Assembly: GCA_951406725.2 (NCBI GenBank)
Contig: OX597815.1
Span: forward strand, 90,892,001-90,956,000
Reading direction: 5' to 3'
From: Octopus vulgaris
Lineage: Eukaryota
Length of the DNA stretch: 64,000 bases
Numbering within the stretch: position 1 is the stretch's first letter; each line of letters starts with the position of its first letter. The position numbers were made by a program, and so were the translations under genes. Below are positions 14,125 to 28,639 of the stretch, piece by piece. The notes beneath the pieces are model-generated. The model was not told where the DNA came from and made no database searches. It saw only the letters and a list, made by a program, of their open reading frames with translations.

Positions 14125-15205
14125 TTGATGGTGTTGTTGGTAGTGACTGCGATATGATAGAGGCGATGGTGGAGGTAGTGGTGGTGGTGGCGGTGGTAGT
14201 GGTGGTGGCGGCGGTAGTGGTGGTGGTGGCGGCACTGTTACTACTGCTGCGCCTGCTACTTCTCCTTCTGCCCCTACTACTGCTCTTGGAGCTGCTCTTA
14301 CTGCTACTGCTTGAGATTAGGGTCGTGGTGGTCGTGACGTTCGTGGCGTTATGGCGTGGTGATCCTGGCAGTCGTGGCGGTCATGGCGTAGTGGTCGTGG
14401 CGGTTGTGGTGGTGGTGTTATGGTGTTAGAGTTGTTAATAATAGAGGTGACGTTGATGGTTGCTGTGATAGCAGTGGTGTTGGTTATCATGATATTACTG
14501 TTGGACATTATGGTGGCGGCAGCAGTAGCGGTGTTGGTTGTAATGGTAATAGTGGTGGTGGTAGTGTTGGCAGTGACGGTGATGATCCTAATATCTGTAA
14601 AGGCATCAGTGGAATTGGTACCAGTTGTGGTTATCATATTGCAAGAAATGCTCTATAGTAACGATGATGAGAATCATGATGCTGCTGCTGCTGATGATGA
14701 TGATAATGATGATGATGATGATGACGATGTTCACGGTCATGATGATTATGATGATCATGATGGATAGATGGATGAATGGATGGATGCATGGAACAAGGGG
14801 AGGTTATGTCTATGGCGGCAGTAGTGAAGGAGTAAGCTGTAATTTTAATCAGATTTCTGAACGATCGAAAATATTCTGCGTTTTTGTAGCTTCTCATTCC
14901 TTTAGCTTAACTGTAAATAAAGTTTAAAAATAACAACAAAAGTACAATAATAACAGAGAGCAACAATAACGGCAACGACAACTGAAAGCAAACTGTTACA
15001 GCTGTACAAGTTTCGATCGCAACAACAACAATATACTTTTAACTCAACAACAACAACAACTGTACAAGCCATAACCAATAGCAACAACAACTGTAACAGT
15101 TGTAGAACGAGCAACAGCAACAATGGTTACAACAATAAAACACGATGATAAAACACAATAAAAGCAGTAAAAAATATTCAGTCACAACAACAACAATAAC
15201 AAACA
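14125..15205. repeat. Compound degenerate trinucleotide repeat field (GGT, CTG/CTA, GGT/GGC, GAT, GGAT, CAA)
   Basis: Direct reading. It yields overlapping poly-V/L/D/T/H/P ORFs in several frames. Confidence 0.9.
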
Positions 15206-15575
15206 ATTAGATAAATAAAATAGATTTCCTTTCAATTTGTAATTTTCTGAAACAAAAGAAGCATTAGAAAAATAGCAAGCATGATTAAACATCACACAAT
15301 AACATACCGATGTCTGCACATACATACAGGCAGACACACACTCTCAAGCTGACAAAGAAACGTGTATATATACACGTGTGTGTATGTATGTATATATATG
15401 TATATGTATATATATATATATGTATATTTATGTATATATATTTACTCATAAGCATAAATTTATATAAACCTACATTTATATATGCACAAGCCTACCCACC
15501 CAAATACACACATACGTATATATATATATATATATATAAATATATATATATATACATACATACATACATACATAT

Positions 15576-15626
<51 letters not shown>

Positions 15627-17067
15627 TATATATATATATATATATCGGGTGTGCATGTGTTTAGATGTGCGCTTGTGTATGTATACATATGTGTATATGT
15701 ATATAAATATAATTTTTTAGTTTTAACCATCGTGGTTTATGCCATTCTGGAGCAACATGTGTGTGTATGTGTGTGTGTGTGTGTGCGTGTGTATAGTTGT
15801 ATATATATATTTGTATGTGTGTTTGTCTTTAATGTCAGATCGACTGTCCGTTCTCAGTGTCTATATATGTGCCCTTGAGTGGTGCGTGTATATGCATGCA
15901 TACATATATACATATGCACAGACAGATACATGGACACATACATGTAAACAAAGGTTTCTCACGTTCTGAACGAATAACATATTAATGTTCAGCAAGCCAC
16001 AAGTAATAGTTGGTTTAGATTATATTGGTAAAAAGAAAAAAGAGAAGGAGTGTGAGGAGAGAGATATGGGTAGGGAGAATGAGGAATGACATAACAGACA
16101 GAGAACAAAGATTGCAGCGTACAGAAAAATAATAAATGATAACGGTCCATAGTTTTCTTATACCGAAATTGTGACATCGATCTAGCAACGTACACAAACT
16201 AAAGAGAAAACCTTGACATGGCTGCTCGACGTGCTCGAAATAAGAGTGAAATTCTATGCTAGCATTTAAATACAGCTTACATTCAACAGTATGGCCCTTG
16301 ATAAAAGAAAGAAAAAATATGAGTTAGTGGGTTCAAAATGTCCATCGATCATGGGTCTTCTCAGTTTGAGCTCAGCTGAAGATAAAACAACTATAACAAC
16401 ATGTAAACACGTCAAACTCAAATTACAATTCCATTGCTTATAGTAGTGACTGCAACGTGTATATGACATGTATTAGTTTCTAGAGTTGAGCCCAACTTCG
16501 CACATCGCTGTAACTTCGAACGAGCTTTCTAAGTTGAATTATTCATAGATTGAAATTAACAGAGATGGGAATATAACTCATTGGTTTAAAGCCGCTCAAA
16601 GCGTGAGCAAACATATGAGATTGTAAATATATGAGATCGTAAGTTAGTCCTGTGTAGCAAAATGGAAATGCGCTAGAAATAAATATTCAAAAAGTTAAAA
16701 TTTCTCCCTCATTTATTGATTGTTTATGGTGTCTAAAAGTTTTCATAGATAACATATGTATTACTGGACAGGTAAAATTGAGGCAAACACAGTTAAATGA
16801 AATCCACTACGATACCATAGAAATATTAGTGACTGTAGAGGTAATCAACTGAAGAACCACAGGCTCCTAACCTGAACAATACATGAAGATTATTCTTTCA
16901 CATATCTCTTTGCATAACATTTACCTCCATCTCACAACAGGATAATGAACTGGATTGCAAATGTATAAATTATGCTATGAATGACCAGACCAACAGACAG
17001 ACAGAGGAACAGATAGACAAAGAGCAAGACGGACAGAAAAACAAATAGACAAACAGAAAAAAAAAAC

Positions 17068-17085
17068 AAATAGATAGATAGATAT

Positions 17086-17174
<89 letters not shown>

Positions 17175-17176
17175 TA
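17068..17176. repeat. (GATA)n(GACA)n tetranucleotide microsatellite
   Basis: Direct reading. Confidence 0.95.
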
Positions 17177-17195
17177 GCTGTGAAAGTATGTATAT

Positions 17196-17491
17196 GTGTG
17201 TGGCCTACTGGTTAGAGCAGCGGACTCGCGGTCGAGGGATCGCGGGTTCGAATCTCAAACAGAGCGATGTGTGTGTCTATGAGCGAAACACCTAAGCTCT
17301 ACGCGACTCCGGCAGAAAGTAATGGCGAACTTCTGCTGACTCTTTTGTCACACCTTTCTCTCACTCTTTCCTCCTGCATCTTGCAACTCACCTGCGACGG
17401 ACCGGCGTCCCGTCCAGGTGGGGAACCTATACGCCTAGGAAACCGGGAAACCGGTCCTTATGAGCCAGGCATGGCTCGAGAAGGAACAAAC
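17196..17491 (+). mobile_element. tRNA-derived SINE family D, well preserved
   Basis: A box TGGCCTACTGG and B box GGGTTCGAATC. The GC-rich body contains cctgcgacggaccggcgtcccgtccagg and ends gaaggaacaaac before (TA). Confidence 0.82.
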
Positions 17492-17979
17492 ATATATATG
17501 TGTAGTTGGATGAGCTGTTGCGTAAGTAGACAGAAAGATAGAGAAGTGCGTATATATGTAGGCATGAACGAAGATAATTTTCTAATCGTGATGTTCTACG
17601 TTTGATCACTCTTTTGTCGATTGTTTACTATTATATTCAATGTTCGCTCTAAGTCTTTTGACGGAATTTTGTTGAGAATGTACCCGTTGTAGAAACTGTA
17701 CCTGTTCTTAAAAATAAATTTAATTCCATACCTAGTTTAACACTACCATCTTGTCCTTGGTTCTCATTAGAATTGCCAACTCTATTGAATGCATTCAGCC
17801 CGAGTATCAGGTCTGAGACTGGCCAGCTAATTTTGATGGGCTTGCTGTTTCTTAATGTAGAATGTCGTGGCATCTTACTATATTTCGTTTATTTCAGGTG
17901 TTCAGCAAAATATCAGAGATACTGCCTTTCGATCCTTAAAGAAAGCCATTAAGAAATAAGCACGCATATAAAGGTACAT

Positions 17980-18470
17980 AGATATAACTCAATATTTACG
18001 CCATATACAAGTGTAATGAATAATCGTCAGTGATACAGTCTGATATTCTCTTCGTAGGTCTCGACAGACACTTGGGACCCTCTCCAGTAGTGAGAAGCAG
18101 TATCCATACCCCAAACGAATGCTATGGAAATGGTTTACGCTACCAATGTTTCGCCATATACAATTCCTGAAATTTCTCATTCAAGCTCATTGTTTCTGTA
18201 AACACGCCCCATAATGCTTTCTTCTGTATATGTAAGATGCGTTTTACGATAAAGTTTGGCCATGTATCTGCAGATGGTAATTTTCTCTCCGGGGTACAAA
18301 TCTGAATAAAGGTTATAGAACATCACCAGTAACCCATGCAGTAAGTGTCCTCATCCGCACCACTATTTTGGTCAAAACAAAAGAAAGCACCACGCAAATA
18401 CAAGCTGATGTTTAGTATCATCACAGGCAACTCACAATGTAAGGAGCCGGAAAAATTAAACACTGCAATG
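17980..18470 (-). mobile_element. Highly decayed piggyBac-like transposase remnant
   Basis: Minus-strand fragments LYPGENYHL.., ..HYGACLQK and RREYQTVSLTIIHYT loosely resemble the piggyBac catalytic C-terminal region, with many stops and frameshifts. Confidence 0.35.
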
Positions 18471-18647
18471 TATTTTGTTTGGCATTACATCGGTTAAGCC
18501 CTACAACACTTGAATGTGCGTATTTATGTGTGTGTGCTTGTCCCTACACTTATATATGCGTGCCCGTGTGTGTGTGTCTGTCTCGATATCTGAGTACAAT
18601 AACACAGACAGACAGATAGGCAGGTAGGCACACAGATAGACAGATAT

Positions 18648-18719
<72 letters not shown>

Positions 18720-18786
18720 ATACATACATACATACATACATACATACATACATACATACATACATACATACATACATACATACATA
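18648..18786. repeat. (GATA)n followed by (CATA)n microsatellite
   Basis: Direct reading. Confidence 0.95.
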
Positions 18787-19215
18787 GGTACATAGATGAT
18801 CTTCTGAACACATGTACATGCGGACGAATGCAAATGCATGGACTAATGTTTACATTGACGTGTATACTTTTCTACTTACCTATCAATCTATCATAATATC
18901 GATTTGCGTACTTTTGAGATTTATGATATTTTCAACTTAACTTCGCACTCGGAATCTTTCCGAACGAAACATACTAAAATATTACATGAAAGCAAACAAA
19001 ACTTAAATAACGATTTCAATTCATTACTCAAATTTCAAATCAGAATTCTTCTCTCTTGAGAACAATGATTTATAAATATTTTCAAGAATTAAAAGGAAAA
19101 TAATAGTAATAAAATTCGTACTAACAATTTATATACAGAATGATTGATTGAAACACTAGGGTAGTTATTGAAAAAGCTTAAAAATTAAAGGCTATATAAT
19201 TTCAGAACAATATTT

Positions 19216-19271
<56 letters not shown>

Positions 19272-19725
19272 CACTGCTGTGTGTGTTACTCTATTTGTTA
19301 TTCTGTAGTGCCAGAAAAGTTGGAAATAAAAAACTTTGTAACAGATACTAATGTTAAAGATTACAGATATCGCTGAATACATGATATTAAAGATATAGTC
19401 TACATTGTTACGTGATACATGCTGTGATGCAGTCTTTCGTTTGTCAGGGATATTATCTGATGTGATGCTTCTAATTTTGAAGTGTATCTTGTAATTCAGG
19501 TTGCATGTGCCCATCAGTTAACTATGATTTGCTTAATAGTAATTAGTGTCAAAAATTCAATATTTACTAACCAAATCTCAGATTGATACTAGAAAAGCTA
19601 CTGATATTTCAAGTATGTTATTACGTATATGTGTATATCTTAATCTATTGCGAGGATAATCAAGGCAGAAATAAAAAGCTCTGTTTTAGAAAGTGTTATG
19701 ACTCGCAATGTAAATGCATGTGTGT

Positions 19726-19800
<75 letters not shown>

Positions 19801-19864
19801 TGTGTATCAATTACATCATGTAAAAAATAAAACGTTTTCTTCAGGTGAATTAAAATTAAACTAA

Positions 19865-20240
19865 ACACATGGTTCGAAGTCCAGTCCCACCGCGTGGCAA
19901 CTTGGACAAGTGTCTTCTACTATAACCTCGGTCCGACCAAAGTATTGTCAATGGATTTGGTAGACGGAAACTGGAAGTACCCGTTGTGCATATATATATA
20001 TATGTATGTGTGTACCGATATATGTGTCTTTGTGTCTGTTTGTTCCACACCACAGTTGACAACTGCTGTTGGTGTGTTTATGTTCCCGTAACTTAGCGGT
20101 TTGGCAAAACAGACAGATAAAATAAGTAACAAGCTTAGCAAATATATAAATGGACTGGGATCGATTCATCCGACTAAAAATTCTTCAAGGCAGTGCCCCA
20201 ACATGGCTGCTGTCTAATGACCGAAACAAGTCAAAAGAAA
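19865..20240 (+). mobile_element. SINE family B, near full length
   Basis: cacatggttcgaagtccagtcccaccgcgtggcaacttggacaagtgtcttctactata..tggtagacggaaactg, then the internal (TA)/(TG) tract, then cccgtaacttagcggt..taatgaccgaaacaag. Confidence 0.82.
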
Positions 20241-20719
20241 CCGATAAAAAATTTAGAATTTTTCACTCAAATAGTATGGGATGCGTATTGACTCTCTCAA
20301 CCGGCACCTGAAGTAAACGGTTTTTCACATGATGCAATAAAAAACATATCTGAAACAGCGTTAGTGTACATTTTGTGGTATTATTTACACTGCACCACAA
20401 TCGGAATCTTCCCTGTATTGGATCATGAGCCTACAGTGAAGAGGGTACTGCATGCTGGGGTTGACTCTTGTGTGATTTTCCATATGTGTGCGTGTGTGGT
20501 CTATACATGTGGACGTATGTGTATCTGAAGGGATGAATCCGTATATGCTTCAGTAAGCACGTGAGTGTCCGTACACACAGTCGATACACGGATATGCTGT
20601 CTTTGAGTCTACCTTGGTGCTTTTGTTATTAAAATACCTCGATTCCTTTGGATCCTGAAAGTAATTATCACTAAATCCGCAAGTTTTTTTTTATTCCCCC
20701 TCTGTTTATTTTCTCTTAT

Positions 20720-20758
20720 TCTTTTCTGTTGAAGAGCGTAGACTCGAAACGTAAAAGA
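20720..20758 (+). ncRNA. Hammerhead-like motif (CUGUUGA core variant) in a short repeat
   Basis: TCTTTT|CTGTTGA|A|GAG-CGTAGA-CTC|GAAAC-GTA|AAAGA, with A6 changed to U and a weak helix I. Confidence 0.5.
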
Positions 20759-21597
20759 CTTTCTCACATTCCTGCTTCTTGGTCATACACCGTCTTTATA
20801 TAGATATATGAATATATATATATATATATAAGAGAGAGAGAGTGGGAGAAAGACAGACAAACGTGTATGTATGTGTGCATTTATTATATCATATATATAT
20901 ATATATATATAAATAGTATTATTATTATTATTATTATTATTTTAACACTATGTAAGAGATAAAAGCTATTCGTTTTGCGTATGTGGATATTATTGTTAAA
21001 AGTTTTGCCAAGCATGTAAAAGTTTGTAATTAAATAGTTTATTTAGGTGTGTCAACCTCAGGTCCTAGTGTTTTAGTACAGAAATTTGTAGCTAAATTTA
21101 GTTATACGTCCGCTAATCAACTAACGTTTTCACTTTCTTCTTTTGGGGAACACTAATAGTAACACCGAGAGCTGAAGCTAAGACACCTAAATAGACACAC
21201 CTGATTACAAATTTTACAGGTATGAGTGAACTCAAAGCAATAACGCAACTCGAACTTTAATCATTAGAAACTTTCGATTAGAACTTACTCTGCTACCTAA
21301 TTAGCATTTAACATAGCTCCATCTTCACCAAAAACTAAACTTGTCTAAAAATATATAAAGGCAAACTGAACTTGAATGTATCCCAGTTCAATAAAGTTTA
21401 GGAAGTTGAAATTTTGCAGTTGCTGTCAACTCTGTTCGTGTGAGAGAATGATAAACAGTCTACAAAAAGTATTGAATTTAATATAAAATTGTTCTTATTA
21501 CAACTCGACAAGCACGTAAGCATGTGTGTATGTATGTATGTGCGTGTATGTATGTATGAATGTATGTATGTATGTGTGTATGTATGTATGTATTATG

Positions 21598-21649
<52 letters not shown>

Positions 21650-24600
21650 CATATATGTACATATATAATGTACTGTTCTGTGATAGAAAATACAACAAAA
21701 ATAGTACTCCATCTGGCGAGAGATAAATATAATTTATTTAAAGGACACAATGCATGTCTGTAAGTTCTACTAATAGTCTCATATGTTGAGAAATATCTCA
21801 AACATATTCATCAGGCACCCACCACATATAACGAAGTAAAAAAAAAATGAATAAGAGAAGAAATACGAAAAAACTGAAAAGACAGCATACAGAAAATGCG
21901 GAAGACTAATTTCTTATTATGAGGTAAAGTTGGTCCGTTAACTAAATCACCAAGTTTATTAAATTAATGTATTACTGGATAAACATTCTACAACTACGGT
22001 CGCTTAATGTAATTTTCAATTCGGATTAATGTAACACAATATGAAACGGCTGGCTTTTTGAATCGCAGGTAAAAATGCATCTAACCTCACTGATCGCAGT
22101 AAGCGCCTGCCTAAACCTAAGCACCGGATATTGATCGAGCCGAGTATATAGTCCAAGACACTTACTCACGTTACCACAGAATGGTATGTACCCTGAATAT
22201 TGTGATAGGGTTAATAAGTATAGTCAAGTATTTGCCGCGGCTTCTTCAGAAATAACAAGATTAGTGTGAGGAAATTATATTCCAAGTTGTAATTTTCTTT
22301 TATGTTCATTTAAATCTCCAGTGTATGTCTACAAAAGTGAGCTTGATACAATAACTAACGCAGCACTGAAGTACTTGTGATATGCACTTTCACACTCAAA
22401 GAGTAAATTGCAACTTTTTTATAAGATTAACATTAAGTTGTTTTTACATCACAGACTTTGGAAAACTGATATAATCAAAATATAAATAACTAAATATATA
22501 AATTATATAGTACCAATTTTTTTAATGAACTGGTATTTTCATCTTCGAAGCGTTCCAATTCTTCTAATGTAAGCCTGGCTTGTTACAGTGAATATTTTAT
22601 CTCTCATTATTGACTGTATTCAGCAAAACTCATTATATCTACCGCGCAGTCATTTTATTGATCCAAAACCTACGAGTATTTTTTTTTCTTGCTCAACGCC
22701 TTGCACTTACTTTTTCCAATAACTTATAATGAGATTAGCTACTTTTATAGAATTCACTTTAGGCCTAAGCTCCACCCCCAAGTCGCACAGATTTGGTTCT
22801 TTATTTTCGTGTGTGCAGTGTATTTTATTGCATTTTCATTGTATCAGATAAAGAAAATATTCATCATGGATAAATGTATTTTTCTTTGTGATTATATTTC
22901 ATTTGTTTTATCTCTCTTATCAGTAACTATCGAAATTATTACAGCATATTTCTGCTGTTATTCGTTGTAGTTAATGTTTTGTGAGGGGATTCTTTTTTAT
23001 TTTATTGTTATCTTATATCGAAATGCTATGGTTAGTAGTGAAATTGTGCGAAGGTGACACATATTACTTCTGTGACATTTGGTTGCTTAACAACTGGAAT
23101 AACATAGTGATTCTGTCGAAATTAGGACAACCAAGTTGCAATTCAGATGAAAATAAAGGATACTGTCTGTGTTAAATCAACAAATTTAACCTCAGTTGGT
23201 CGTTATAACAATAAAAGCAATGGTCGTAAGTAAATGGAAATACACTTTAAAAATTAATATCTCGTAGACTAACTACCATGATCTATACTGATATTGGAGA
23301 TAACAGAAATGAACTGTGAAGAAAATGTGTTGAAGTCCAAACCAGAGGTGATTTTCTGATTCAGTGATTATTTCTACTAGTCTCCATTACAGTTCATGAC
23401 CAATTAATTCTGTTAAGGAATTCGTGTGTATATTTATCTCCGCGAGTAATCTTAGTACAGAAAAGAATATATATCAATAATGAGAGGAGGGAAATATCCC
23501 TCGATATTTGCCTCTCTGCTATATTGTTTTTCGCTTTGCATATATATTTTCTTGCATGACAGAATCGATACATACACATATGCACACACAGACACAGACT
23601 TGCAAACATATAAACACACTGACGAGCACATAGACACACAAACATGTGTATGTGTGTTATTGAGCGCGTGTGTGAGAGAGAGAGAGAAAGAAAGAGAGGG
23701 GGAAAGAGGGAGAGAGAGGTTTTTTGGCAATGTTTCATCTGAAAATAATTGATTCTTAGATTTTCTTTAGATTATAAGTCGCTAAAAGAAATGGCCTAAA
23801 GTCATTCTAGTGAATATATGCGTTCCATCATTATAAAATAACAAACAAAATGAAACTTCAAAAATATATTAAGAACCTGACCAATCAGAACTTTTTTGAT
23901 CCAGAAATATGTTCCTTCATTTACTAATTTATCCATTCTCTAATATCATCAAAGACACACACACATGAGAAATCATGATGGACTGGAGATAAACTGATTC
24001 CCTTTTCATTTGGGAATACCACAACACTAAATAAGTATGTGAGTTTCAAATTCAGAAATATTTTTAAATACTACTTTATTTATGCCATACCCGATACCAC
24101 TGAAAATACTATAAAGTAAATAAATACATTATGAGGCAGACAAAGAAAAATATGTTAATTGTATTGTTGTTTAGACATAGTGTTGCATTTTCATTAAGTG
24201 GTGTAACTATTATTAATGTCCCCCTGTTGCCATAACTATTGAATGAATTCAAGATAAAGTCTTCTGTCAGGCTATGAAACACAGTATAACATGATCATCT
24301 GCCGAGACACTGTATAGCTGTCTCCATTTTTACTGTTTAATGTTATAACATCGACTACTGTATATATAGATAATTAATGATATAGCATTAGCCCACGTGT
24401 AGTTTTTACATCTGTCACTAGCTTCGCCAAGCAAGATGTTTAAGTAAAATATGAATTGTTACTATTTGAGATAAAAACATGGTTAATGTTAAAACATGTA
24501 AAATATGGATAAAAATACAGTTATTTATTTTAAAATCTTATCTGCACAGACTGAAATGGTCTCAAAATATCCTATAGTTTTCTTTATGTAACTGAAAAGT

Positions 24601-25399
24601 ATTTGGCAGTTTTCTTGCAAACTTGTTTCGAGATAAATTTTCCTCCTCAGAGTAGATGTATTACTATTCTTCGGGTACCTAGGCTACTTTGAATATCATT
24701 CACTATACATAGTGTGAGAAGTACAGAGGGAGAGAGTAAGAGAGGGAGATACAGACAGTTTATCAGAATATACCATTAAAAGCTGCCCTGGTTTACATGT
24801 AGTCCGTGAGAGAGTCTTGTAGTAAATTTAATAATATGTATTTACATAAAACATAACGTAATTCAGAATGGTCTGAAACAACCATAATTTAGTAACCCTA
24901 CATTTCGTATCTATTTACTTAATGAAACAGTAAGATGTTTTAACATGATCTTAAAACCAATAACTAAGGCTACTTGAGCGTCGCCATAAAGGACATCTAT
25001 AACGACATCTGTTCCTCATCGGTAATCACTTGATGGTTGAATGCAGGCAGATGGTCAGTGTTGAAATAAATGTCGGAGATAAGTGGCCAGGTGGGATTAC
25101 AAAGAGGATATATATCTACAAAGAGGATATATATCTTCATGAGCCAGCAAGATTAGAAAACAATATCAGAATTGTACCCAGTGGAGGGCCCGAGTGAAAA
25201 GCCTTTACACTGGTCAAGTATAACAAGAAGCCCAGCTGCAACTTTCTGCGAGGAAGGTTTGAAACAGGTAAGCAAGTAACATCGACAGCAGCAACGAGTA
25301 CTGAGGCTCCTAGGATGGCATTGATGATGTGAAGTGTAAGTTACCTCGTTCTCATCTCCTCATTGCTAAACGTTAACCAAGGGACTGAAAAAGTCCTCG

Positions 25400-27500
25400 T
25401 GATCACGACTGGGGGTTAAATGAGGAAGCGGGAGAAAGTACGTAATCAACAAGAGGAAATGGCAACCATTGCAGCTACGTGAAAGGCCAGAGAATTGCAG
25501 AATGTGAAGAAAATGCGTCAAACGAGGATGGGCAGTCTGTCACAGAAGTAAAGATAAAAAGGTTATTGGTGGAATTTTAAAAGCGGTGCAGGAGCACTGT
25601 GGATTTGGGTCTTATATATATAGACAGTACTCGACAAATGCAACACTGAACCATTGTTTTTGCAAGTTGATAAAATTTACATGTCAAATGAAATCCCAGC
25701 TGGCCTTATGACATAAAGGAAGATATACCAATCAAAATGTCAATTGACTAGGAGTTGGGGATTCACAACTTGAAGTATATAAACGAGATAATATTCGTTA
25801 AAGCTACGAGAGAAGTATATGACACTTTCGAAAAATACTTTAATCCAGAAACTGTCAGTTGATTTCAGGGCGGAAACAATAAACAAAGGTCATTGTATTA
25901 GAAATTTGAATATTCTCGGAGAGATGCAATACGGGATTGGTGAGCTGAGATGCAGAAGACAGCCATATTCCCTGTCAGTTTTGATGGGAGAGGCTTAATC
26001 GATACCAATACTTGCCTGGTAAATTATGCTATATAACCCGGAAGGATATAAGAAAAATTTGAGCCCAGCGGAATTTATTCCGTAGAAACCTGAAACAAAT
26101 AATGCAAATCTTTTTGTCAGGAGCTCTAATGATTCTGCTAACCACTGCACGTCATCAATTTTGTATACGAGCGCCCCCTCCCCCATAATAAATATTGACG
26201 CCCAATTATTCATAAACTTTTCTAATGAAATTTTAAATGTTTATAATGTCATCGTTATTTCAGACATTCTAAGAACAAGGAAGGCTTTAAAACATCCATT
26301 ATCTTCCCTATTTAAACCATTACAGCTTGTTAAAACTCATTACCTGTTTTATTTCATTTAAAATATCAACAGGATCAACACTGAAAGATGAAAGGACATA
26401 GAGAGAAGGTAATCGTGATATCTGTAGTAGGGATAACGTGGAGGTTGCCAATGTTCCCTGCTGAAGCGAAGAAGTTGCTGCTGTTTTCACAGACAAACAC
26501 TCGCGCACTTAAAGTTATTACTAACGCAACATCATTAACATTACTTCTATCTTAGACTCCGTTACGGAATAGAGAACGGGATTTTTTATAGCAAAATCTA
26601 CCTGCCAGACAGCAGCAACAAAAACAAAAAGCAACGATGAAGGTGAATCAAAAATTATTGATAGTACTGAATGTTGAAAAAATACAGGACAAAATACCAA
26701 CATCAAGAGGAATAGGGCAAACAAATAGCTTAAGCAGCCGGATCAAAGTACCAATATCGCCCCCACCACCAGAACTACAACCACAACAACCATCATTACA
26801 ACAATGCTACCACTTCAACAGCGTAAAGACGTTACTTGTTTACCTGCTGTAAGTGACTCCAAGTGCAGCAGTTTCACCAACGCAACTAGCACAAAGAAAT
26901 ACGCTTCTTTCCCAAAAGTCAAATGCTCTGGTTGGATGTGGCTGGATCATGTAGACAAGAATCCCATGAGGCTGCCAGTTAAGCACGTTGTTCAAAATAG
27001 GGAGGTCCCGTCTTCAGGCTCATTACTTGTAGAATTAGGTATTTTGGACAACTTCAAATCAATGCAGTTTGAGAAATGCTTAGAAGAAAATGGGGTAATA
27101 TATGCCAAGCAAACAAAGCGAAATATTCAGAACGATTCGACTAATGTGCGCCGTGGGGGAAGAGGCCCGATTGTTATGAACGATACTGCGTGTCTCTGAC
27201 AAATGTTTTCTGGCGCGATCCTAAACCGGTTGACTTCTGGCCAAGGTCCTAGTACATGATGTGTCGACCCTTACAAACAGCTACTACATACGAATGATCC
27301 TAAAGAGACACGATGGATGCATTGAAGTCAAATCGCTGACTTTTGAAAACAGGCTGGAGAACTGTCTAGATTTACAAATGTTGACCATAATTTTGATCAC
27401 CTCTACAAAACTTTTAAGATGGAAAATTAGATGGGTGTTGTGGTAGATGGTAGAAAGCGCACGTGCTCTCCATACAATCGCAACGAACTCCAGAGAATTA
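25400..27500 (+). mobile_element. Very old Gypsy-like LTR-retrotransposon remnant (protease and integrase traces)
   Basis: IPIKMSID* (~25724) resembles the aspartic-protease D(TG) lead-in. LDNFKSMQFEKCLEENGVIY (ORF 26804-27199) resembles the integrase DNGxxFxSxxFxxFLxxxGI. No LTRs were found. Confidence 0.4.
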
Positions 27501-28339
27501 TACTGCCTTCAATAGAAACGAATGAAGTGCAACGTCTGTCAGTATTGCATACACCATATCAGACACAACAAGAATTAATGCACCACAAGAATTAATGCAC
27601 CACAAGAATAACAATAATTCAAACAGACGAAAGTCTAGTATGGTTATCAGTAAAGAATGTAGATGAAAGCTATTGTTCGAGGAGGAAGCCATCAACAACA
27701 TTTATCAGGCCCTTGACTCTGGTACATACAGAATAAAGATTCTGACTAGATAGTCTAGTTCTCCTCGAATGCAATTTAAGTTTATAATTAAGACCAGAAT
27801 TAACTTACTCACAGTAATGTTTACTTTTCAATGATTGCATCAATTAAAACTTTTCCTTTTGAACTGAACATTTTGTGTGTAAAACTACGAGTATAACGAG
27901 TGTCGAGTATAATGTTACCAATCACTTCTTGATAAATGAATTCGTACCATAATAAGGGATATCTTATCATCGCTTAAATGATATGATTATAAGGTAATGA
28001 ACTTATTTAAGATTTATAAGATAATGAATTCATATGCTATACAGGATGTTAAATGTGCTTGCAACACGGTTCACGGTAAAATCCTGCATACTGCACTCAT
28101 CTGTGCAATCTCGGTAAAATCATCAACGATTCAAAGTATATGAGTGACGTAAATTTTTAATTGCTATTTATTTTTATTATTTTGGGCATACATATATAGT
28201 CACATGCAAACAAAGATGTATATGCGGACAGATTGCATGCTGTGATTGACTAAGGGAGGAAAGTAGAGTAAAGGTGGGGAGCATTTCTTGTTGGCTCTCT
28301 TTCCCTTCATTTCATTCATTTCATTTTGTTTATTTTCGC

Positions 28340-28600
28340 ACATTTTCGTCCCCTCACTATTCCTCTTGCTCAAACTTCTACACTGCACGGATCCTCGTCT
28401 TTCCGCAAATGAGACTGCATGCCTGCTTGATGCCCAGTCTTCGTTGGTAAACATCGCTCAGCTTAGGAGGTTTCGTAAGATCCCTCTTAAGATGCCGCTA
28501 CACAGTTCTTCATTGGCTGTCCTCTTGAGCCGACGTTGAGCGGTTTCAAGCAGCTCATTCTCTAGGTTGACATCACAAACACTTTCAACTGTATGTGAGG
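28340..28600 (-). mobile_element. RTE-like LINE 3' fragment
   Basis: Minus-strand LRGILRNLLS*AMFTNEDWASSRHAVSFAERR resembles the RTE ORF C-terminus (..LK.NL....WE..A..R..WR). Confidence 0.4.
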
Positions 28601-28639
28601 TGACCACTTGCTTCAGGCCTGCTTCAGCTGTGTTCCATC

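Noticed and set aside
14041-15123. Poly-V/L, Gly-rich, Asp-rich and His-rich ORFs resembling membrane or structural proteins
   Set aside because: They are open in several frames and on both strands because of trinucleotide repeats, with no splice or domain support.
17196-17270. Possible tRNA gene
   Set aside because: There is no acceptor-stem closure, and the sequence continues into a SINE body. The same applies to 9137, 52733 and 3212.
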